Below, piece by piece: positions 56,030 to 64,000 of a stretch of 64,000 nucleotides of DNA. The notes under the pieces are model-generated. The model saw only the letters and a program-made list of their open reading frames with translations, was not told where the DNA came from and searched no databases. The stretch lies in NCBI RefSeq assembly GCF_000372725.1, contig NW_005201192.1, positions 434,001 through 498,000 of the forward strand, written 5' to 3'. Source of the stretch: Emiliania huxleyi CCMP1516 (taxonomy: Eukaryota). How positions within the stretch are numbered: the stretch's first letter is position 1; every line of letters begins with the position of its first letter. Both the position numbers and the translations under genes were made by a program.

Positions 56030-58892
56030 CGACGTTGGCAGCATCTGACAGCAAGTTTGATCATACGTCAGTACCCATGGGCGCCAATGCGCAGTGCCCT
56101 GACCCAACGTGGACTCGCGGCCTTTGTCGTGAGATCTTCACCGGCTTCTCGGGCGACTGCGAGACGGATACAATCGGCCACTGGGAGGAGGTTTTGCACC
56201 GCACACACATCCACACGCACTTGTGAGAACCCGGCGCGAACCGGCTTGCACTCTGAGGGTGTAAGACTACCTGAGACAGTGGAGACGGCGAGGAGACGCC
56301 ATGAATCGCCTAGCGCTCGTCCTGCACTACGTTATGGATCCTTAAGTGGTCCTACCTGCCTTAGGTAGCAACTGCCGCCGAATGCGTGAGGCGGTGTCAC
56401 GGATGCCTTGGTTGCAGTCACGTGACTTATGACCGCACCAACCGGATCTGCAGCTGGCACACACGATGTGACGCAGTGCGGCCCGATCGCGGCGGACACC
56501 GCTGCTCGCTCGCCGTCCGCCGCGCCGAGAATGGCGTCCTGTCCTACTGCGCTTACAGCGGATTTGCAAACCAGCTGCACGCGATTCTAGATGCAAAACA
56601 CACCCTCCTCTAGGCAGACCCCGTCCCGCCTAGTCGCGACTGCACGATGACGCGACTACGCAGGTGCAGGCACGCTGATCATCAGACACGCCTGAAGCGT
56701 GCTATCCCGTCGACTCACCACCTAGGTACGCCCTCCTCGAAGCCGCGTGGGTGGCGTCGCACGCGGGCCTCGCACTGCTGCTGCCGCCGGTCCTCATCGC
56801 GCAGTTCGAGCGCCGCTCTCTGCGGCCAAATACCCGAGAGATACCTGCGATGACTAGGTCCTCGTCGCACAGCAGGAGTGGCCGCTCTACATTGGGTGCA
56901 GCCGGCACCAGCTGGACGACTTTCTCGCCGCGTGCGCCTCGCCTGGATGGGGTCGGAGGAGCGAGACACAGCCGTGACATAGCTGACATGGCACAGCCGA
57001 GACATGACGTGAGACGAGGCCCGGAAAGCCGGCACCTAGAGAGTTGTCTGTGCGAGGTGTCCTCAGCCTATTCCACCGTCCGCTAGGAGCAACGCCGCTT
57101 GGAGGCACGTGCTCGACTTGACGGCGCTTCCCTCCCGCACCACGACCGCCGAGGCGGGCATGGCCTTCGAGAGCAGGGTCGCCCTGGGCCACCTCAATGC
57201 GCAACCTTTTGGAACGGATTGCAAGCCTGTCTTCTCCAGCGACGCGGCCAAGCGGGCGCCGGAAGGCTGCGGGCGGAGCATGCTCGTCCCATCGAACCTA
57301 CCCGGGTCGTCGCGCCCGTGCGCCCAACCCTCACCTCCAATGCTCCCGAACCCTCACGTTTCACTGTTCGCAGGTCGCCGCACCTCCCCGTGGGGTGCCT
57401 GAGACAGCTCGTCGACACGAGCAATGTCAGCCGGCGCTACGACCTCGGGTCCGCGTACAGCCTTGTGCGCAGCATAGAGCTAGGAGGCAACTGCTAGCAC
57501 GACCCTTCAAGGTCTTGGCCAGACCTCGCCCACATCCGGTCCCTCGTGGCAGACTGTGGTCGTCCACCAGGAGGGGAGAGCCAGCGCTAGAAAGCAACTG
57601 CAACAAGCGGACGGTGCATGTGACACGCCTCGGTTGGACAGGTGAGCGGCCTTCATGCCAGCGGCCGCTTCGTCGCTTCCAACGTCCGCTACAGCGCCGA
57701 GGAAGCGGCGGGCGCTCGTTCCACGAGTAGTGCGATCTGCGTCTCGTCACAGCCCAGATTGTGTACAGGTCGTCCAGTTGGCGGAGCGGATGGTGCGAAG
57801 GCTGCGCAGCGCCAGCCCAGATGGCACGTTCTGGTGCGCGCACGTGCGGCTCGCCGGGGGCAAGGGGAGCTGGGACCGTGGCAAGGCGGCCGGATTCTGC
57901 TCGCCAACTTTGGCGGTCGAGCTCATCTCTTCACACACCCCTCAACGCGCACAGGCGGGCCACATCCTGCACGGTTACTACCACTTCCGCACTTCCGCGA
58001 CGCTACAGGAGTGGGCAGTCCCCCTCCAGGGGTCGGCCGGCTTCGTGGCTACCGACAACGAGGCTGATATGTAGCCGATAAAGCCGAGAGATCTCGTGTG
58101 CCCACGGACAATGAGGAGGAGAGGCCCTCCAGGCAGCGTCTTCCTATGATAGGAGCGGCTGCGGAGGGACCACCCCTCCCTGTGCAAGCCCGAGTCGCTC
58201 TGCACCTTTGACCGGCAACTCGAGGCGGGGGCCTCGGCGAGCGAGTGCGGCGTCGGCTCTGCGACCGACCGCTGCCGCGCGCAGCATGTCGCAGCGACGA
58301 CGCTGGTGTGCGCCCATGCAACGAGGATCTTCCTCACCGGCGAAAAGGTAGCCGAGATTGGTCGAGGTTGATTGAGATTGAGGCTGCTCGAGGCACTCGA
58401 GTTGTGCGTTCTTCGAGATACGCCCAACTTGAGCAGCTACCCCTATCCACCCTCGTCGGATCCGTGACCTGGATAGGCCCGAGCTCGTACTCCCGCCTCA
58501 TCCTCGACCTACACGCCATGAGCCCGATGGTGCAAAGGGACCGCCGTTTCAACGCCACCCGGCGGCAGGTGCTCGTCTCCGGCAGGGACGTGGTATGGCA
58601 GGGCAAGCACGCGCTACAGCACGCCTTCCATGCGGCCAAGGCGTCCCTCCTCATCTGCCCCGATGCGGACTGCGTGCGCACAGCAAACGCGCGCGAACTT
58701 GGACTTGCGAAGCTCGTGGTGATATGCAACACGATTGCGGTGAGCGAGGTGTGGTGGCTGCATAGGCGGACTGGCTCGCGGGGCGTCTCAGCGCGCCACC
58801 AAACGCGTCTCGCCGCGTTGGGCATGGCCGGCCCCGCAGGGCGGCTGCGGCGAGACTCCGGACAGGGCGTCCGCTCACCCGCGCTGCGCTGA
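56030..58892 (+). CDS. Putative O-fucosyltransferase-like (GT-B) gene with Cys-rich N-terminal part; fragmented or multi-exon, possibly decayed
   Basis: Motifs in the expected order: SGFANQLHAIL, LALLLPPVL, CAHVRL, FVATDN, LEQ, GPSSYSRLI. Exon structure is unresolved. Confidence 0.5.
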
Positions 58893-60348
58893 AGCAGCAG
58901 CCCGCTGGGGGATGGCGGGTTGAGAGAGAGCGGCGCTTCTGACCACTGCACTTGGAGCACTTGGAGTGCGGTCGGTAACCTCCCCCCGCGGGGCTGGGTA
59001 AATTGCACCGGAACCGGAGGTCGGATGGGAAGCTCCGCCATAAAAAAGAAAGAGAAGGGAGGGAGGATGGCCCCCCGCCACCACACAGGGTTTTGTTCAT
59101 TGACGAATCCCAGTCTTTTGATATGAGTTTTCTTTGGTGTACGACCCTCCCACAAGTGGTATTAGTACGGCCATGAAAAGGGGACCGCGCACCCAATCGC
59201 TCCGTCGCTCCTCGGCGGCCACGGGAGTGACGACGGGCTAGCCAAACCATTGAAGACGCCGTGTCGATGAGCTTCTAACTCGATCGCGTTCTCGAGATAC
59301 AGCTTGAGATTGTGCGAGTTGGAGTGGTCTCAGGAGTCGGCGCCGCCGCTCGGTGCTGTTCTGCTGGTTTGGCGATCCAGTGGGCTGCTCGTCCAGACAG
59401 AGGCTGCCTCAACTCCTGAGCTGCTCAGGCCTGGTCAAGGCCATCCACCAGCATGCTCTGGGAGCGCTGATGCACACCAGCTCGCGCTGCTGGACCCACG
59501 GTGGCTGCGTTCGGCCATCGGCAGCGCCGGTGCGACGACATGCTGGCGGCGGTCTTCCGCAAACTAACTACTTACTGTCAGGCGAGTGCACGACGAGATA
59601 TGACCGCTCGCATGTGTGCTCAGGGCACCTCAGGGCTGCTGCGTGACGCGTGGCTCGGCTCCGCGAAAAAGAAAGAAAGAAAGAAAACAGACACGCCAAA
59701 CGAGGGATGGGACGAGGACAGGGTCCCCACCTGCACGAGCAGGATTTTGGAAGGACGATCAGGGGGACAGGTGGGGCTCTCCTGCTCCTGACAAGGGACA
59801 CGACAGGCTCGCAGCGCGGTGCGCGGTGGACTCCCACATCCACTGGCGGTCTCATCTCAGTCGGCTCCGCGAGCGCTTCTTTGATTTTTAAACCAAATTC
59901 TCTTTCTCGCGTGACTTCGAGTGTCTTGTCGAACGCTGTCCGCATATCATTTCATGCGCGGCTTCCAACCCTTGAATGTCTCGCCGTCCAAAGGCTCGCG
60001 CGGCTCGCCTCGTCACCCGAAGCTCGACCAAAGGCTGCCAGAGAGCCGCCCGGACGCGGACCCGCCAAAGATGATCCGCACGTCTTCGGGGCAAATTCCT
60101 GTGCCACGCGAGACATCGGATCCTTCACTTTGGGACTACTCCTCGCGTGTCACCGAGGCTGCTTCTCCGGAGAAAAGGTCAACTCGCCTACCTCCCAGCC
60201 GCGTCGAGCCCGCGGGTTGGCATCGGTCGCGCCGCCGGCTGATCGAGCGCCTTGCGCGAGCCCTCTCCACCTCTGCTGCGCCGGTTCTGGTGTGTTGTGG
60301 GGGGCGACCCAATTCGCCACGCCTCACTCGCCACCTTCATAATATAGG

Positions 60349-61792
60349 CGGCCAATATTCTCGTCGCCGCCTCCGACGCCGGCTTGGTCGAAGAGGCGAG
60401 GAGCGGCCTACTTAGCGGCCTCTCTGCCCCGCAACCGCCACGCTTTGTAGTGCTCTGCCCCGCCGCCGACGTCGACGTGCTCGGAAAGCTGGCTAGTATT
60501 TTGGGGAGGGTCAAGTCTGACTCTCCCCGTGTCCGGCTCCGATCTCGCAGGTGGTCGATCAGATCCGCGAGGCGGCCAGCTCGAACGCGCCGCGTTTGCC
60601 CCCCATCCACTTTGCCATCCGTGCCACGACGTGCGGCCGCGAGCTCCGCGCCTGCTTGCGAGGCGACGCGGGCAGGGTGGCGCACGCGGCAGAGGCGGGA
60701 GGAGGGAAGGAGGGCGGGCGGGCCGGCACCGCCGCGGAGGCGCCCCGGGAGGGTGCGGACATCGCCCTCGTGTCTCTGGACCTGCTCTCTGCTGCAGGCT
60801 TCGAGTGCGGCTCCGAGTCGACGGTACTCATCGCTCTCGTGAGCAACGGGCAGGAAGAGTCGATGCTTGAGATTCGGGAGACGATAGCCGCCGCCTGACT
60901 TTCGCCGACTGCTGTAGGACCCGGCCGCGCTGTACCGCGAGCTGGGCGTGCAGGACCAGCTGTTGTGCCCTCCCTCCCTCGTGCAGGTCCGCCGACTGCT
61001 GCACCAGTACTTCCCGCGCAGGGCACACAACCTCTCTTGCCCTCGTCGAGTCGGCGAGCGCCGCCCACTTGCAGCGGTGTGAGCAGGTCTTTCTCGGCGC
61101 CGCCACTCCGCAGACTCCACTCCACAGCCCCCTCCTGTCCGTCGGAGCCGGGCCGGCCTCGCTGTCCGCAGCGTCGCCGGCGGCGCAGTCGGGCGCACGC
61201 TGCCCGTCGGCGCTGGCGTGCGCGCTCCGGGTGCTGGTGGTGGCGAAGTGCGAGCAATCCGCAGCCACGCTCATCAACTACTGCGAGGCCCGCCGAGAGT
61301 AGCCGAGAGTAGCCGAGGGTAGCCGAGGCGGCCGCCACGCGCATCAAAAGCCCGCGCACTCTCGGCTATCGCACGCCATCGGCACAGGTCTTCTTGCTGT
61401 GGGCGGAGCACGTCTGTGAGGCGGAGGAGGCGATGGCTCGACTTTGCGCAGGGCACTACGATTTGGTCCTCGTCGAGCCAGACCTGGCCGGAAGCATGAG
61501 CGGCTACGCGCTCTGCGCTTGGTGGCGCGAGTACTCGCAGGCGGCTGGCGGCGACGCGCACGGCGCGAACGAGAGACGGGACTGCCTGTCTCGGAGGCTC
61601 GATTGCTTTCGCTGAACCGCCCTCAAGCCTCACCTCATAGGCAAGACGACGGAGTTTGTCTCGGTCTCTGAAGCTCCCGACACAGAGGCATGCGCCGCGT
61701 TTGGGCTGCGCTCAAGCATCGCCAAGCCCGTTTCCGCAAGATGCTTCGCGACGATGCTCAAACGGTGGCTGCGCCAGAGCGAGAAGAGATAG
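60349..61792 (+). CDS. Protein with two degenerate response-regulator receiver domains (pseudo-receivers); 5' end unresolved
   Basis: Second domain: RVLVVAKCEQSAATLINYCE|VF...AEEAMARLCAGHYDLVLVEPDLAGSMSGYALCAW...EFVSVS...GLRSSIAKPVS...MLKRWL. First domain: RFVVLCP...ADIALVSLDL...LIALVS...LGVQDQLLCP. Confidence 0.7.
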
Positions 61793-62461
61793 AGCCGTCG
61801 AGCAGACCTCTACTAGTCACGACACCCCTCGGACACACCATTTATTGTATCGATATCGGCCAGGGGTCAGGTGTGTGAAACAAGAGGTACGGCTTTAAGT
61901 AAGACACGCGGGCGGCAGATCGGCAGTTTTTGTAAGTTGTAAACAGCTGAGGCGTGTGACGGAGATCGGAGTGTGAAACAGAGGCCTCGAGACAGGAGGG
62001 GCGAGTCGCGAGAGGCGCCAGCCCGTAGCCGCTACCAGGCTCTCTGCGTCTCTATCGATCTCTATGCCACAACGACTAAGCACGCTGTATTGGAGTTTTT
62101 AAAACGACATACGTGTGTATGTGGGCGCCCCACCTCTACCTCTAGAGCGCCCCACACGCATATGCGCGCAGTTCGGGGTCGTTCTTGCGCTTGAGGGAGC
62201 CGCCCCGGCTCGTGGCGCAGCTCTCGGTATACCCAATGGTAGGAAATTCATGACATAATTCTTTCTCACACGATGATCTGTGGGTGATGACATAGAGACT
62301 GTGGCGGGTCTGGGCTCTGGCCCGGCGCAAGGGTGGCCGGGGTCCGGGTTTGAGGGAGCCGCCCCGGGCGCATAGCGTCCCTGACGCATCGGGTGGGGAG
62401 TGGGGTGTGCAGCTCTGAGGCCGAGTGAGCCGCGGCCCGCGCGGACCAACAAGCCTGAGTC

Positions 62462-63351
62462 TCAGAAGCAGGCTGACTGGATGTTGTTGGGGCCGGTGTT
62501 TGCTGCGTTGCGGCCAGAGCACTCGATACCCCAAATCGAGCAGTAGAAGGGGAGCGGGGTCGGCGCAAAAGGAGGAGCAGGCGGCGGGCTCGGCGGATAG
62601 ACGGGGCAATATGTCGAGGCGAACACCTCCGGCATGTTCCACGTCTCGCCGTTGGGCCCGGTCCAGATGCCGTTTGCCTTGTCAGTCACGTCGTAGTGAG
62701 GGGGTGCGATCGCCTTGAGGCCGCACTCGCAGCACGTCGCCGCTTCGAACCACAGTTTGTCGCACTCTTCAGCAGACTTCTTGGCCATGCACGCTGCATA
62801 ATCAAAGTTCATCGGCCCGTCCTCAGCCCAGAAGTCCTGGGTCACGATCGTAGTGCCGACCAAAGTACAGGACACCGCCCACAGTGGATTCTTCTTCTGG
62901 CACTCCGCCTCGTCCGCCCCCGACGTTGCGGTGGCTATCTTCTCGTAGGCTTTGTTGATGTTTGCCGCCTATGCCGGATACGAGCGCACCCCTTGCCTTT
63001 GTGCTGGCAGCAGGGACTAAGAGCGGGATGGAATGCCGAGGGCAGGTGTCCCGGGTCTTTCTCTGCTCAGTAAGCTTATCTCATACATTGCACCTCGCGC
63101 GAGTCGACAAGCGGGTCCACGTAGTCCGTCACCTCGGACACGACGTCTGGCGCCTCGCCATCTTCACCGGGGAACGGCCAAAACTTCTCACTCGGCGCAG
63201 CGGCGGTGTCGGTGGCGAGGCGCGTTTTGCTTGAACTCGCCGCGCCGAGCAGCTGCACGCCGAGCAGGGAGACGGTCACCACGCCTGTCCCCACTGCGAG
63301 CAGTAGTAGCGGCTTGGCTGTCGGCTGTTGGAGCGGGGTGGGGGTCTTCAT
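62462..63351 (-). CDS. Cys-rich type-II membrane or secreted protein of unknown function, multi-exon
   Basis: N-terminal hydrophobic anchor (LLLLAVGTGVVTVSLLGVQLL), many Cys/Trp, PPSPPPAPP linker; splice-like sites between ORF pieces. Confidence 0.6.
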
Positions 63352-63499
63352 TGCAGAGCGTAAAAGCGGCTAGCGGGGGAGCCGAACGAGTTTATTGCGG
63401 CGCAGTTATTGCGGCGCAGATTTGGGCGGAAAACTTTGGGCGATTTGGGTATGCGGATCGATCCGCCGCCACTCGTCACCGTCGGTCTTTAAGCTCCTT

Positions 63500-63735
63500 C
63501 TTGAGCACTTGAGCACTGGATAGGGCCGATTCCGCGTGGTACGGGACCCCTCGATCGTCTCGCCCTCCCTCTCTGGCGTGTTCATTGGGGGGGGTCATAA
63601 CAAACACGGTACAGGATCGAGGTGCACGCTGCCGAAGCAGTGTCGTCCCCCCTCTCCCCGACGGCGATGGCGGTGTGACCGATCGAGCTACAAGAGGAAC
63701 TTGTTCAGCAGGATCCGGGTTAGTCTGGCGCACTG
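63500..63735 (-). repeat. Dispersed repeat copy 3, with GTGCTCAA tandem tail
   Basis: Reverse-complement match to 53055-53317. Confidence 0.85.
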
Positions 63736-64000
63736 CCTCACACTGGGCCTGAGATCGCAGCGACGCTTCCCGTCACCGTCTCGGGTTTATGTGGGATCGA
63801 ACCACTCCGGGATGGGCAAGCCCATCGTTAGGAGCGCATCTGGTTAATTGTCAAAATTCCTGTTGTGCAAGAGGGGAGGGGGCTCTGACGGAGTGTGTGG
63901 TGGGAGAGGGCAGGGAATACTCCTTGGCCGTCGGGCAAGGGCCCGAGTCGGCCAGATCCAGTGCTGTCTGTGCACTAGGTCGATCTGCGAAAGCCACGCG

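Overview
This is eukaryotic nuclear DNA: very GC-rich, with many short introns (frequent GC-AG, apparently some GA-AG), abundant micro/minisatellites and two 100-N assembly gaps. These traits, plus bipartite signal+transit presequences, suggest a haptophyte such as Emiliania (Gephyrocapsa) huxleyi; that assignment is inference. About 20 protein genes can be reconstructed by eye: monopolin Csm1/Pcs1, type II pantothenate kinase, enoyl-CoA isomerase, an LPMO-like His-brace protein, a short-loop GATA factor, secreted RidA, a putative Tat-targeted lumen protein, GalE, a tandem RgpF-like protein, F-box/RCC1, a homeobox gene, Fpg/Nei glycosylase, FabG-like SDR, TSPO, an EamA transporter, an F-box/propeller protein, a plastid phosphate translocator, an extended cytochrome c, UBA-PTH2, an O-fucosyltransferase-like gene and a tandem pseudo-receiver protein. 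Several MITEs, a non-LTR retroelement relic and dispersed repeats are interspersed. The strongest non-standard signals: (i) an intron 'grammar' shared across unrelated genes, with GCCGAGA arrays after donors, complementary TCTCGGC arrays before acceptors, intron starts that duplicate the next exon, and GA donors; (ii) an LPMO-like protein with Trp at the axial Tyr/Phe position; (iii) a C-x2-C-x14-C-x2-C GATA finger; (iv) a Mimivirus-Nei1-like glycosylase with a presequence; (v) two inverted ~1-kb elements with shared ends but different middles. All exon boundaries and family calls come from motif recognition, not database searches.
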